In this document: piece by piece, positions 37,710 through 48,448 of the stretch
Layout: each line of letters starts with the position of its first letter
How positions within the stretch are numbered: the stretch's first letter is position 1
Assembly (NCBI GenBank): GCA_963805975.1
Contig: CAWDVR010000001.1
Span: 928,001-992,000, forward strand
From: an uncultured Acidobacteriota bacterium
Lineage (GTDB): Bacteria > Acidobacteriota > Thermoanaerobaculia > Multivoradales > SZUA-115
Length of the DNA stretch: 64,000 bases
Direction of reading: 5' to 3'
Made by a program: the position numbers and the translations under genes
Notes under the pieces: generated by a model
Told to the model about the DNA's origin: nothing
What the model saw: the letters and a program-made list of their open reading frames with translations, nothing else
Databases searched by the model: none

Positions 37710-38747
37710 GTGCTGCAATCGAATGGCAACGTGCTCTCGGTCGGCATCGACCTCGGCACCTCGCGCAGCTCGGTGTCGGTGTCGAACGGCCAGCGCCAGG
37801 TGATCGACAGCTACGTGGGCTACCCGGTGGACATGGTGGCGCGCAAGGTGCTCAAGAAGGACGTGCTGGTGGGCCGCGACGCCCTCGAGTACCGGAGCAT
37901 GGTCCACTTGTACCGCCCGCTCGAGGAGGGTCTCATCAAGGAAGGCTCGGAGAAGGACGAGACGGCGGTGCGCGAGCTGCTCAACTACCTGCTGCGCCTC
38001 GCCGGTGCCGACCCCTCGTCGCGCAACGGCGCCAAGGTGCGGGCGGTGGTGGGGGTGCCGGCCGAGACGCTGCGCACCAACAAGCAGCAGGTGAGGAAGG
38101 CCATGGCGGGCCTGGTCGACAGCCTGATGATCGTCTCCGAGCCCTTTGCCGTGGCCTACGGCCTTGAGGCCCTGCTGCACACCATGGTGATCGACATCGG
38201 CGCCGGCACCACGGACTTCTGCGTGATGAAGGGCCGCTTCCCGAGCGAGGAGGAGCAGCGCACGCTCACCACGGCCGGCGACTGGATCGACCAGCAGCTC
38301 TTCCGCCTGGTCCAGGCCCGGCACCCGCAAGCCAAGTTCTCGATCCACATGGTGCGGGACTGGAAAGAGCAGACGAGCTTCGTGGGCGAGCCGCCGATCC
38401 AGGTGCGGGTGACGGTGCCGGTCGAAGGGCGGCCGACCGAGATCGACATCACCGAGGAGATGCGACAGGCCTGCGAGGGCATCCTGCCGTCGATGGTCGA
38501 GACCATGGTCGACCTCCTGTCGCGTGTCGAGCCCGAGTACCAGGAGCGGGTGCGGCAGAACGTCATCCTCGCCGGTGGCTCGGCGCTCATCGGCGGCCTG
38601 GGAGCCTACCTGCAGAAGGAGCTGGTCCAGGTCGGCGGCGGGCGCGTGCGGGTGGTCAAGGACCCGATCTTCTGCGGCTCCGACGGCGGCCTGGCCATCG
38701 CTCTCGACGCGCCGGACTCAGACTGGGAAAAGCTGGCGGCGGGGTAG
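37710..38747 (+). CDS. MamK-like actin-family protein
   Basis: GIDLGTS, VGYPVD, VVGVPA, IVSEPFAVAYG, IDIGAGTTDFC.MKG, EPEYQ..V.QNVILAGG, VKDPIF. GTG lies 1 nt after the amidase stop. Confidence 0.85.
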   Translation: MLQSNGNVLSVGIDLGTSRSSVSVSNGQRQVIDSYVGYPVDMVARKVLKKDVLVGRDALEYRSMVHLYRPLEEGLIKEGSEKDETAVRELLNYLLRLAGADPSSRNGAKVRAVVGVPAETLRTNKQQVRKAMAGLVDSLMIVSEPFAVAYGLEALLHTMVIDIGAGTTDFCVMKGRFPSEEEQRTLTTAGDWIDQQLFRLVQARHPQAKFSIHMVRDWKEQTSFVGEPPIQVRVTVPVEGRPTEIDITEEMRQACEGILPSMVETMVDLLSRVEPEYQERVRQNVILAGGSALIGGLGAYLQKELVQVGGGRVRVVKDPIFCGSDGGLAIALDAPDSDWEKLAAG

Positions 38748-38946
38748 GTCAGCGGAAGTCTGTCACCCCGGCGCGCCGCGATCTCCTACAGCGACAACTG
38801 CCGAGCTCTTGTTGTTGCGAGGGCGGCAGTCCGTTCCCTCATGGCGTCCACTAGTGTTCAGCATCGAGAGTCCCGGGAGGAGGGAGCGCCCTCGGCCCCA
38901 TGCAGCTCGTCCGCTCCCGGGCGGCATGTGAAATTGAGGGGGAAGG

Positions 38947-41010
38947 ATGCCCGCTAACTCGGACGGGAAGTCGCGGATCGAGCGCTGGACCCACGTCTTC
39001 TACGTCGGCTTCGCTCTCCTTTTCTGGGGAATGATCGCTGCCCTCTGGCAAGGCGGCTGGTCTGCTTTCTGGTCCTTCTGGGGTCTCTATTTCAAAGTCG
39101 CACTCGTGCTCATCGTGATGACGGCCATCGTGAGCGCTCTGCGCGAGGGTCCCACGGAGCTCCTTAAAACGGCATGCCTCGGAGGAGTCTTGCTCTGGAT
39201 GCTCTACGCCGGGAGCTTCAGGAGCTGGAAGGCTGCGGCCGTGGACTCGCTGGCCGCCATTCTTGCGTTGCTTGCGACGAGCGCCGTGATGCGCGGTCTG
39301 ACCCTGGCGCGAGACCGCAAGGCACAGCGCTGGGAGGACGTCGCACCCGCGGGCATGACTGACCTCGACGCTGTCGTATGGGGTCTGCTGGCCTGGCTGT
39401 TCCTCTCGGTTTTCTCACTCCTGCGCTCCGGGCCGCTTCCGACCGACCCGGGCCGGTTCGCCAGGCTGGCGCCCGAACGAGCGGTCGCCGGGGCGTCCGC
39501 GCAACGATGGAAGGATCTGCGGATCGGTCTGGCGCTCTCCGGAGGAGGCTACCGGGCGGCGGTCTTTCATGCGGGAGCTCTCCAGGCCCTGGAGGATCTC
39601 GGGGTCCGAGTGACCCACCTCAGCACCGTTTCGGGCGGCTCGATCATCGGTGCCTACTACGCTATCGGCGGTGATCCGCGCGTGTTCGCGGAGGCCGTCG
39701 GCGAGGGGCGATTCAACCTGAAGCGGGAGCTGATGCTGATCCACAACGCCGTCCGTCTCGTCTTCCCCATGAAGCTGCCGAGCCTCGAGGTGGAGCTGCT
39801 GCCGTTGGGCAGCTTCGATCGACTCGACGTCCAGCGGAACCTGCTGGAGCGCACTCTCTTTTCGGCTGCGGCGCTGCAGGGCGGCCTCGGTGAGAACGAG
39901 GCGGAGACGGGCCAGCCGCGCCTGATGATCGCGGCGACGGACCTCACCTACGGCTTCCAGATCGGGTTCCTGCCGGACGGCATGCTCAAGCTCGGGGACG
40001 GCGTGGGCGGCCGCAAGGTCTACCGCGGCGCCGCGTTCCAGCCCGCGGAGCGACTGGGCCTCGCGGATCGGGTGGCGGTCTCGGGCGCCTTCCCCCTGGC
40101 GTTCCCGGCTCGGCCCTTGGTCGTCAAGGTCGTGCCCGCGGACGCCACGGGACTCGGTGAACGGCCTCTCCTGCTCGTGGATGGCGGGATCCGAGACAAC
40201 CTGGGCTTCGATCTCCTGCGCGTCGCCGATTCGATGGCCGATCCCGAGGCGGAGAAGCAAGGCGTCGGAAACTACTTCATGCCTCGGGAGTGGGATCTCG
40301 ATGCCATCCTCAGGTCCGACGGCGGTGCGGTCCTCGGCGTGATGGAATCTCGGACCGGCTCGCTCAGCCTTCTCTCCCGCGCCTTCGAGGTCGCAGAGAT
40401 CGAGACGTACGCCCCCGCCGCTCCGAGGGATCGATGTGCCTTCGCGCTCGAGCACCCTCCGACCTTCTCGCCCGCCGAGCAGATGCTCCCTCCGGACACG
40501 CAGTTCAACCTCAAGAAGGACTCCGCCCATCGCGCGGCGCTCGAGCGGGTGTGGAACGTGTCGTTCGATCCGGCGCGCTATCCGGAGGCGGTGCTCCGCC
40601 GGCTGGTCGAACAGGTTCCGCCCGGAGAGCGAGGCCAGGCGGAGGCCGCGATGGAAGCGTTCCTGCGCACCTGGGGCACTCACCGGACGCGGGACCGATC
40701 CTGGTCCCGGGCGCTCGACGGCGCGGTGTGTCCACCCGGGACGGCTACCGGCCAGGCCGCGGCTTCTCCAGCAGGCGCGGCGATGCCGGGAGCCTGCGAG
40801 GCCCTGCACCTGCGGGACCTGGTCCGGGAAGGGGTGATGACCGGCCTCGAGGTCTTCCGGGCCACCTCGACCCTCGACGATCGCATCTCGCCCAAGGCCG
40901 TCGAGACCCTGGAGCGCCTCGGCAAGATCCTGGTCTATCTCGAGTGGCCGAGGATGGAGAGGACGCTCGACCTGGCTGCCGGCGAGTGCTCCCTGGCGAA
41001 GGTCGAGTGA
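38947..41010 (+). CDS. Patatin-like phospholipase with N-terminal multi-TM region
   Basis: GLALSGGGYRA, STVSGGS nucleophile elbow, VDGG. About 5 TM segments. Confidence 0.85.
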   Translation: MPANSDGKSRIERWTHVFYVGFALLFWGMIAALWQGGWSAFWSFWGLYFKVALVLIVMTAIVSALREGPTELLKTACLGGVLLWMLYAGSFRSWKAAAVDSLAAILALLATSAVMRGLTLARDRKAQRWEDVAPAGMTDLDAVVWGLLAWLFLSVFSLLRSGPLPTDPGRFARLAPERAVAGASAQRWKDLRIGLALSGGGYRAAVFHAGALQALEDLGVRVTHLSTVSGGSIIGAYYAIGGDPRVFAEAVGEGRFNLKRELMLIHNAVRLVFPMKLPSLEVELLPLGSFDRLDVQRNLLERTLFSAAALQGGLGENEAETGQPRLMIAATDLTYGFQIGFLPDGMLKLGDGVGGRKVYRGAAFQPAERLGLADRVAVSGAFPLAFPARPLVVKVVPADATGLGERPLLLVDGGIRDNLGFDLLRVADSMADPEAEKQGVGNYFMPREWDLDAILRSDGGAVLGVMESRTGSLSLLSRAFEVAEIETYAPAAPRDRCAFALEHPPTFSPAEQMLPPDTQFNLKKDSAHRAALERVWNVSFDPARYPEAVLRRLVEQVPPGERGQAEAAMEAFLRTWGTHRTRDRSWSRALDGAVCPPGTATGQAAASPAGAAMPGACEALHLRDLVREGVMTGLEVFRATSTLDDRISPKAVETLERLGKILVYLEWPRMERTLDLAAGECSLAKVE

Positions 41011-41066
41011 AAGGCACGACCCCGGCCGGGCGGCCAGGGTCGGTTGCTGCTTGACTGCTGCTGCGG

Positions 41067-44000
41067 CTACTGCTGCATGATCCTCACGTCATCGATCCCG
41101 GCTTCCACCAGGCTCGCAGTCGAGGCGTCCGCCGCTTCGATGCGGATGCGGACGGTCTGCCCCGCGAACGAGCTGATGTTGGCCGAGGTCGAGGCCCAAA
41201 CTGCGTCGTCGTCGTTGGCCGCGCCCAGCTCCTGGAAGACCTGCGAGGTGGTGCTTCCCACCACGAAGACGCGCAGGAAGTCCGCGGAGGAAGAGTTCGT
41301 GCCGTGCGCCAGGTAGTAGGAGAACGAGAGCGTCAGCGTTCCGGAGGACGGCAGGGTGATCGGCGGCGACTGGATCGTGGTCACCCCGCCGTCGATATCG
41401 AAGTCGCCCGCTCCCGTACCGGCCAGCCGGCCGGTCACCAGGTCATTCACACCGCTGACCGTGGTCCCGAGCTGCTTGGTGCCGCTCGAGGTCGTTGGTC
41501 TCCGGATCACCGCGCTCCCACTGGCCCGTGGTCGCCGTGTCCGTGCTGTTCGGGTTGGTGGTCCAGCCCTGGCTGGCCTCGAAGTTGTCGAAGAACACGG
41601 TCACCGGGCCCGGGGGCGAGACGGTGAGCGCGATGGCCTGGGTGCGGGTGAGCGCGCCGCTCACTCCCTGGGCGGTGAAGTTGTAGCTGCCCGGGGTCAC
41701 GGAGCCGGCTACCGACACGGTGAGCGCGCTGGTGGTGCTGCCGCCACCAGGCGGGGTCGCCGGGTTGGGTGCGAAGCCGCAGGTGACGCCGCTCGGCAGG
41801 CCCGTGCAGGAGAGCGAGACGGCGCTGTTGAAGCCGTTGATCGAGGTCACCGTGCAGGTGCTCCCGGCGCTGCCGCCCTGGTTCGCGGTGAGGCTCGAGG
41901 GGCTGCAGGAGAGGGAGAAGTCCGGGGTCGTCGAAGCCGCCGGGGTGGCGTTGGCGCAGTTGCTCACCCGGGTGTAGCAGGCCGTGGAGCTGCCCTGCGC
42001 CACCACGTTGTAGTAGTACTCGCGGCCGTTGGCCACGGAGGTGTCCACGAAGCTCGTGCCGGTGATGTCCGCGATGCGCGCCTTGCCATAGTTGCAGCCG
42101 GCGTGCCCTTCGCTGCGGAACACCCAGTAGCGGGAGGCGCCCGCCACCGTGTTCCAGGAGGTGGAGACCTGGCTGTCACCCGGCGTCACGCTCAGCGTGG
42201 GCGCCGTGGTGGGGCCGCTCGCGCAGCCGCTGTTGCCTGCCGTGGGCGTCGAGCAGGCGATGTTGTGGCGGCTGAAGGCGGCGCGGATCGCCGTGATGTG
42301 CGGCGTGCCATCCGTGAGGTTGCCGTTGTCGTCGTCGGCGGTCAGCCACTGCATGTAGGCGTTGGTGGCGCCGCAGCCGCCGGAGGTGGAGGGGCAGGTG
42401 CAGGTGTACCAGGAGCCGATGTTGCCGCTCCCGAGGTAGAAGAGACGGTTGCCGGTCAGGAAGGCCGACTGGCTGTCGAGGCTGAAGGGCGCGGCCTGGA
42501 GGTCGCGCGCCACGAGGTCCCAGGCTGCCTGCCGCGGAGGCGCCGCCGAGCAATGCACCTGCCGGCCGCAGGGGCCGCTGCCGGTGAGGCACGAGCCGCA
42601 GACGAAGTTCGCCGGCGTGTCCGGCGTGTGGTTGGCGTGCTTGTCCCAGTCGGCGTCGCGCACGCCCGAGCAGTCGAGGTCGCAGTGGGCGGCGCCGGTC
42701 TGCGCCTCGTTGGAGTTGAAGCCGGTGCCGTCGGCGGTCTGGCCGCAGCCGTCGTTGACCGTCTGGTAGAAGCCGTGGCCGACGCAGGAGGTCTGGAGGC
42801 GGAAGATCGCCGCGATGTCGGCGTAGGCCTCGGAGGAGTTGGACAGCGAGCCGCCGGCGTCGTTGTCGTCCAGGCCGTGGCCCCACTCGTGGTCGAACAC
42901 CCCGGCCAGCTCGCCGGTGTTGCGGCAGCCGCCGCCGGAGCGGAAGAAGTTGACCGCCGAGAAGTCCCAGTAGGCGTTGCAGGTCTGGTTGAGATTGACG
43001 CGGGTGGTCAGCCGGCTCTGCAGCCAGGTGTTGGTGGGCAGCCAGCCGCGCGCCAGCTCGGCGATCTTGTTGATCTCGTAGAAGGCCGAGCGCGAGGCCG
43101 GGGTGTTGCCCGCGGAGCCGCCGCCGGTCGTGCAGTCGTGCTGGTTGTTGCTGCCGCCGAGGTTGATGTTGCCGGTGGTCGAGCTGTTGGTCACCGTGCC
43201 GCAGGTGTCGACGATGTCCACGTAGCGGCCGGTGAGCGTGGTGGTCGTGGTGCCGCTCGTCCAGTTGAAGATGCCGGCCGAGTCCGTGAAGTTGTTGGGG
43301 GAGGCGAGGCCGGTGTCGGCATAGGGCATCGGCCAGCCGCTCTGCAGGGTGCCGCAGGTCTGGGGCGTGGGGCAGATGCCGGTATCCGTCAACGGGTAGA
43401 CGCCGCCGCTCACCTGCCGGTCGGCGTACTGGTTGAGGTCCTGGAAGGCGATGAGCTCGCCGGAGACGCCGTCCACCATCGCTTCCCAGGTCCCCATGTC
43501 GGGCGGGCGTACGAAGGCGAAGGTCCACACCAGGCGATGGCCGTAGCCCTGGCCCAGCGGGCCGGCGAAGGCTTCGCCGGCCTGGTGCTCGGGGGGTGCC
43601 ACGGGCACCACTTCGAGCGCCGGCTGGCGCACGATCTGGTCGCTCGACAGCCGGCCGCCGATGTAGGCGAATCCCACCTCGAGCGCCTTGGCGGCGCTGA
43701 TGCTCGCCACCCGCGGCAGGCGGGCGACGTGGCCCCAGGTCTCGGTGCCGATCACCACCAGATTGCCGTGGCTGATCGACGCGGCGAGGCGCCCGTGGCG
43801 CACCGGGATGCCCTGGAAGATCTGCGGGATGCTCACCTGCCAGAGGCCCGGCGAGACTTCCTCGGCCCGCACCTCGCCCAGCTGGGCGAGGTCGACGCCG
43901 AGCACCGCCTGCTGGCGGCGGATGAAGGCGACGACGGCATCCGCCACCACCGCGCGGTCCACCTTGCGCACCTCGGCCCCGAGGCTCGCGGAGAGATCTT

Positions 44001-44355
44001 CGAGGGTCAGGCGGTTGCCGACGCCGTCACCGGGGATCAAGGGAAAGGCGCCCAGGACGTTCGTGGCTGCGCCGGAGCGGGGGTCGATGAAACCCTGGAC
44101 GGGGCCCGAGGCGGCGGTCTCGGCGCTGGCTCGAAGGCCTTCCCACGCGGCGCGGTTCGGCAGCTCCGCGAGCACCTCGTCCACGGGAACCTGGGAAGAG
44201 CTGATGTAAAGCTCGGGCAGGAAGAACTCGAAGGCTGCGAGCGGAGCTCCCTCGCGCTTGGGCTCCAACGCCTGGAGCCCGGCTGCCGCTACGAGGCCCA
44301 GCAGCGCCGCGCAGACCCATCCGATTGGCAAGGCGTGCATTCGAGATAACCGCAT
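41067..44355 (-). pseudogene. Large secreted M4/M36-like zinc metallopeptidase with FN3/Ig-like and C-terminal MAM-like domains; +1 frameshift near 41495
   Basis: Signal peptide, propeptide, CNAYWD, HEWGHG..SEAYAD. Removing one A restores GDPETTTSSGTKQLG into ORF 41067..41510. Confidence 0.8.
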
Positions 44356-44553
44356 ACCAGCAAATCCTCCTTACCCCCGCGATCGTCTCGCAGGGCTACT
44401 GGCCGGGAGTCCATCTCACGGCCCGACCCGCGGGCGCAGGCGAGAGCCCCGCCCGTCAACGACAGTCAGGAACGAGGGGAAAGCTACGCGAGAAAGCCTG
44501 GACCAATTATGGGACCGACGGTGGGGAAACTCAATCCTCCGGCGGGAGGAGTT

Positions 44554-45528
44554 TCACGCCTTCCGCTGCATCCACAGCGACCCGAAGTGGGTGTCGAAGT
44601 CCTCGCGATCGACCGGGCGGTAGCCGGGGAGGGTGCCGGCGAGGAAAGGCTCGTCGTGGTAGCGGAGGAGAGGCGCCGAGAGCAGGATCTCGAAGTCGCT
44701 GTTGAAGGCCAGGAAGGCCTGGAGGAGCATGGACTCGGTCCAGAACGAGGGCCAGCGGCCGTCGAGCACGTAGCGCTCAGCCGGGTAGGGCACGTTCCAC
44801 GGGAAGTGCACGTCGTGCACGTGGACGAGCACTCCCGGCGCGAGCCGCGGGACGACTTCCAGGAAGAGGAAGGGCACGTCGCCGTCGAGCTTCACCACGT
44901 GGGTCGAGTCGATGAACAGCAGGTCGCCCGCTCCCAGCTCCGCGAACGTCTCGAACCCGATGTCCTGCACCTCGCGCGGGATCACCTCTCCGCCCGGCAA
45001 CTGCTGCAGCCCGGGGTAGGGGAAGGGGTCGATCGAGGTGAGGCGGAACGGGTGGCCCTCGCGCAGGTTCTCGGCACCGGCGCGCCGCAGGTAGTACGTC
45101 GAGAGCCCCGAGCCGACCTCGATCACCCGCCGCGGTCTGGTGTCGCGGAGCATCAGGTAGAGGACCAGGGCGTCCACTTCAGTAAAGCCCGGACCGTAGC
45201 CCGCCTTCTTGGCTTCCGGGAAGGGCGGCAGCGCAGCCCAGCCGGCCGCGTGCGAGCGCACCAGCGCGGTCAACCGGCGCTGCATGGCCTCGAGGTCGTA
45301 GTCGACCCCCACCAAAGCGCTCGGCCGGTTCCAGCGCGCGGCATTCCGTTCCAGGGAGGCCACGAGAGGCAGGGGCGAGTAGAAGTCGGAGCTCTTGGCG
45401 ACGTTCAACCCGAGCGCGGCGAGCGCCTTGGTCAAACGACGGAAGGCACTCCAATAGGCACGCTTGAGCGCACTTCGCTGGCGGCGTGCAGGCGCGGGGC
45501 CTGCCGTCGCGGTCGTCGGAGAGGTCAT
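44554..45528 (-). CDS. Class I SAM-dependent methyltransferase (Methyltransf_24-like)
   Basis: IEVGSGLST, IDPFP, LFIDSTHVVK, VHVHD. Confidence 0.88.
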   Translation of the reverse strand: MTSPTTATAGPAPARRQRSALKRAYWSAFRRLTKALAALGLNVAKSSDFYSPLPLVASLERNAARWNRPSALVGVDYDLEAMQRRLTALVRSHAAGWAALPPFPEAKKAGYGPGFTEVDALVLYLMLRDTRPRRVIEVGSGLSTYYLRRAGAENLREGHPFRLTSIDPFPYPGLQQLPGGEVIPREVQDIGFETFAELGAGDLLFIDSTHVVKLDGDVPFLFLEVVPRLAPGVLVHVHDVHFPWNVPYPAERYVLDGRWPSFWTESMLLQAFLAFNSDFEILLSAPLLRYHDEPFLAGTLPGYRPVDREDFDTHFGSLWMQRKA

Positions 45529-45541
45529 CGTGGGCAGGAGT

Positions 45542-48448
45542 CTATGGGTTCGCGGGAATCGCGACGGTGTCGCCGACGCTCGCGAAGTGGTTGGGCGGGT
45601 TGCGATAGGTCTTCCGGAAGCCGGTGACGGTGTCGGTCACCCGGATCTCGTAGCGGACGTTGGAGAGCGCGCCGTAGAACACCCAATAGTGCCCGTTGAG
45701 CGGGGTGCCGTCCAGCACTTTCAGGACCACCTCCACGTTGGCGGGGTTCAGAAAGTAGAAGTAGCCGGTGTCGACGGTCAAGGGCACGGCCCTCCCGGCA
45801 CTCGGATTGCCCTGGGGATCGGTCCAGGTCATCTCGACCTGGAAGCGCCCCTGGTTGAGGCAGAGCCGAGTGGGCGACGGGGTGCAGGAGCCCTTCTCGA
45901 ACCCTGAGAGGTCGACCACCCAGTCCTCGGAGCCGTCGGCAGCGGGAGCTTCTTTAGCTTCGAGGCTCGCCGGCGCGACACCCCCGGCGCCGGCAGGGAA
46001 GGCAACGGTGTCGCCCACGCTCGCGAAGTGGTTGGCGGGATTGGTGTAGATGCGCAGAAAGCCCGTCGTGGTGTCGAGCCCGCGAAGCTCGTACTCGACG
46101 TTCGAGAGCGCGCCGTAGAACAACCAGAAGTGCCCGTTGAGGCCGGTCGCGTTCAGAACCTTGGTCACCAGCTCGACGTTGGCGGGCTTGAAAAAGTAGA
46201 AGTAGCCCGTGTCGGCGGTCAGGGGCACGGCCTGGCCGATCCCGGTGCGACCCTGGAAGTCCCGCCAGCCCACGTCGAGGAGGAAGCGCCCGCCGCCGAG
46301 ACAGAGGCTTCCCCGGGTGCTGCACGACTCGGGCCCCAGGCTGTCCTCGCCCGCCGTGGCCGAGCCCACCTGCAGGCGGAAGGTCTTCGCCTGGCGGACC
46401 TCGACCAAGCCGCTCCGCGCCCCGACAGCCTGGCCGTCGAAGGTCGCGGAGCCACCGCTCCAGGCGAACCCCGCGAAAGCCCTGGCCGGGCCCTCGACCC
46501 CGAAGCGCGACAGCCGCTGCGGGGCGACCCGCACCCGACCGGAGGCCGGCGCGCTCCCCAGGGCCTGGTTCCCGACCTGGCTCTTGTCCACCGCCGAGGC
46601 GCCGCTGTGGTGCACCACGAGGCTGTTGAGGCCCGAGGCGGAGAGGCCGTTCGGTGCCGCCAGGTTGTTGACGTAGACGCTCCCTCCGAACGACTGGGAG
46701 AAGAAGCGGTTGCCGTCGTAGCGCAGGCGATTGAACGGCGGGGTGGAGCGGTCGAAGTCGAAGATCGGTACGCCCACGTTGTGCGCAAAGAGGTTGTTGG
46801 AGATCACGCCCTCGACGTCGGCCGTGCCGGTGGGCGGCGGATCGAGGCGCGGCAGGCTGAAGATCGCCGCGCCGCGTGACTGGGCGACGGGCTCCGAGGC
46901 TCCCGGGCTCACCTCGTTGGCGATGAACGCCGAGCCCGAGACGTCGGCTCGCGAGCCGTTGACGAACAGCCCGCCGCCGCGGAAGGCGGTGTTGCCGGCG
47001 AAAGAGGTGTCGGTGATGCGGGCCGCCGAGTCGAGCAGCAGCGCGATCCCCCCTCCGCCTCCCGCCGAACCGTGGAGCGAATCCGATTGCAGGACCAGCG
47101 AGCCCGAGAGCGTCAGGTCCGCGAGCAGGAGAGAGAGCGCACCGCCGAAGGCGCCGGTGCCGCTCGCATCGGGCGCCACGTCGCAGTCGAAGAAGATCGA
47201 GTCCGTGAGCACCACCCGCAGCCGGTTCTCGGCCACGCTGCCGGCGGGGGGGACTCCGTTCTGACCGAGATGGCGGTTGATGTCGCCGCCGACCGCCACG
47301 CAGCCGCCGTTGCGAGCCGTGGGGCCGGCGCCGCCGAACCTGCCCTGGAAGAGGGTGCGCACCGCGGTCAGCTCGCCGGCGCGCCGGTTGATGGCCCCGA
47401 AGTCGGTCGTGGAGTCGACGCCGTCCGCCGCCGTCAGGCAGATCGCGCCGCCGATCGGCACTACCGGGCTCGCGGCTGCGGCCACGTTGCCCTGGAACAC
47501 GGAGTCGGCGATCTCGACGATCGTCCGGTGGCCGTTGATGGCGCCGCCCTGCTGGGCCCGGTTGCCGGCGAAGCGCGAGCCGAAAATGCGCAGCGTGGCC
47601 TGGTCCTCGACGTGGATGGCGCCGCCGACGGAAGCGCCTGCCGCGGCCGTGGCGGCAGCGGCATTGCCTTCGAAGGTGGAATTCGAGATCGAGATCTCCG
47701 CGGCCGGCCGCCGCACGTCCGCGGTCCACACGCCGAAGCCGAAGATCGCGCCGCCCGCCAGCGCCGCCTGATTGTTGGTGAAATGCGATTCGGAGACCGC
47801 GAGGCGGCCATCGACGAGCGCGATCGCCCCACCGGCCGCCACCGGGTCGTGGCCCGGCAGGTTGACCCGGTTGCCGTCGAACCGGCCGTCGTGGACGTAG
47901 ACCGTGGAGGAAAAGATTTCCAGCGCCCCGCCGCGATCGGTAGCGGTGTTGCCCACGAAGACGGAGCCGGTGAAGACTGCCAGCGAGCGGTTGTGAATCA
48001 GCACCGCACCGCCGGCGGTCGAGGAAAAATTCTGCTCGAACCTGCAACTCGCGAAGGCCGCATCGGCCGCCATCAGGGTGACGGCGCCACCGACGCTCTG
48101 CTGGTTCGAGGCCCCGTTGCGGAAGGTCAGCCCGCGGAAGAAGACCCGCCTGCCGCGCGAGGGGTTGGAGTTCTCGAAGCGCAGAATGGGATGGGCCCCT
48201 TCACCCTCGAGCGCTACCACCGCGCCCGGCGCGGCCCGGACGGTGAAGCTCTTGCCCAAGTTGCTGATTCGAAAGGCGTTCGGTGGCGCGGCATAGCTAC
48301 CGGCGGCGAGCTGGATCACGCCGCCGTTGGCCACCTGTTGGATCGCCTGTTGGAGGTTCCCGACGTCCTGCGGTACGCGCAGCACCTGGGCCCGGGCCGG
48401 TGCGGCGCAGAGCAGGCCCAGCGCAAGAAGTCGAAGCAGTACGGTCAC
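45542..48448 (-). CDS. Secreted parallel beta-helix (GGAI repeat) protein with two C-terminal surface domains
   Basis: Signal peptide, repeated F..N.A..GGAI, two GRF..DTGYFYF..NVE..KVL..NGH.W.FYGALSNV domains. Confidence 0.85.
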   Translation of the reverse strand: MTVLLRLLALGLLCAAPARAQVLRVPQDVGNLQQAIQQVANGGVIQLAAGSYAAPPNAFRISNLGKSFTVRAAPGAVVALEGEGAHPILRFENSNPSRGRRVFFRGLTFRNGASNQQSVGGAVTLMAADAAFASCRFEQNFSSTAGGAVLIHNRSLAVFTGSVFVGNTATDRGGALEIFSSTVYVHDGRFDGNRVNLPGHDPVAAGGAIALVDGRLAVSESHFTNNQAALAGGAIFGFGVWTADVRRPAAEISISNSTFEGNAAAATAAAGASVGGAIHVEDQATLRIFGSRFAGNRAQQGGAINGHRTIVEIADSVFQGNVAAAASPVVPIGGAICLTAADGVDSTTDFGAINRRAGELTAVRTLFQGRFGGAGPTARNGGCVAVGGDINRHLGQNGVPPAGSVAENRLRVVLTDSIFFDCDVAPDASGTGAFGGALSLLLADLTLSGSLVLQSDSLHGSAGGGGGIALLLDSAARITDTSFAGNTAFRGGGLFVNGSRADVSGSAFIANEVSPGASEPVAQSRGAAIFSLPRLDPPPTGTADVEGVISNNLFAHNVGVPIFDFDRSTPPFNRLRYDGNRFFSQSFGGSVYVNNLAAPNGLSASGLNSLVVHHSGASAVDKSQVGNQALGSAPASGRVRVAPQRLSRFGVEGPARAFAGFAWSGGSATFDGQAVGARSGLVEVRQAKTFRLQVGSATAGEDSLGPESCSTRGSLCLGGGRFLLDVGWRDFQGRTGIGQAVPLTADTGYFYFFKPANVELVTKVLNATGLNGHFWLFYGALSNVEYELRGLDTTTGFLRIYTNPANHFASVGDTVAFPAGAGGVAPASLEAKEAPAADGSEDWVVDLSGFEKGSCTPSPTRLCLNQGRFQVEMTWTDPQGNPSAGRAVPLTVDTGYFYFLNPANVEVVLKVLDGTPLNGHYWVFYGALSNVRYEIRVTDTVTGFRKTYRNPPNHFASVGDTVAIPANP

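Noticed and set aside
37710-38747. Magnetosome island or canonical mreB
   Set aside because: No other mam/mms genes and no mreCD in the window. Motifs differ from MreB.
41356-44349. 997-aa plus-strand ORF
   Set aside because: Antisense shadow of the metallopeptidase gene.
44360-44550. Possible riboswitch upstream of the peptidase
   Set aside because: Only generic GC hairpins, with no recognisable aptamer consensus.
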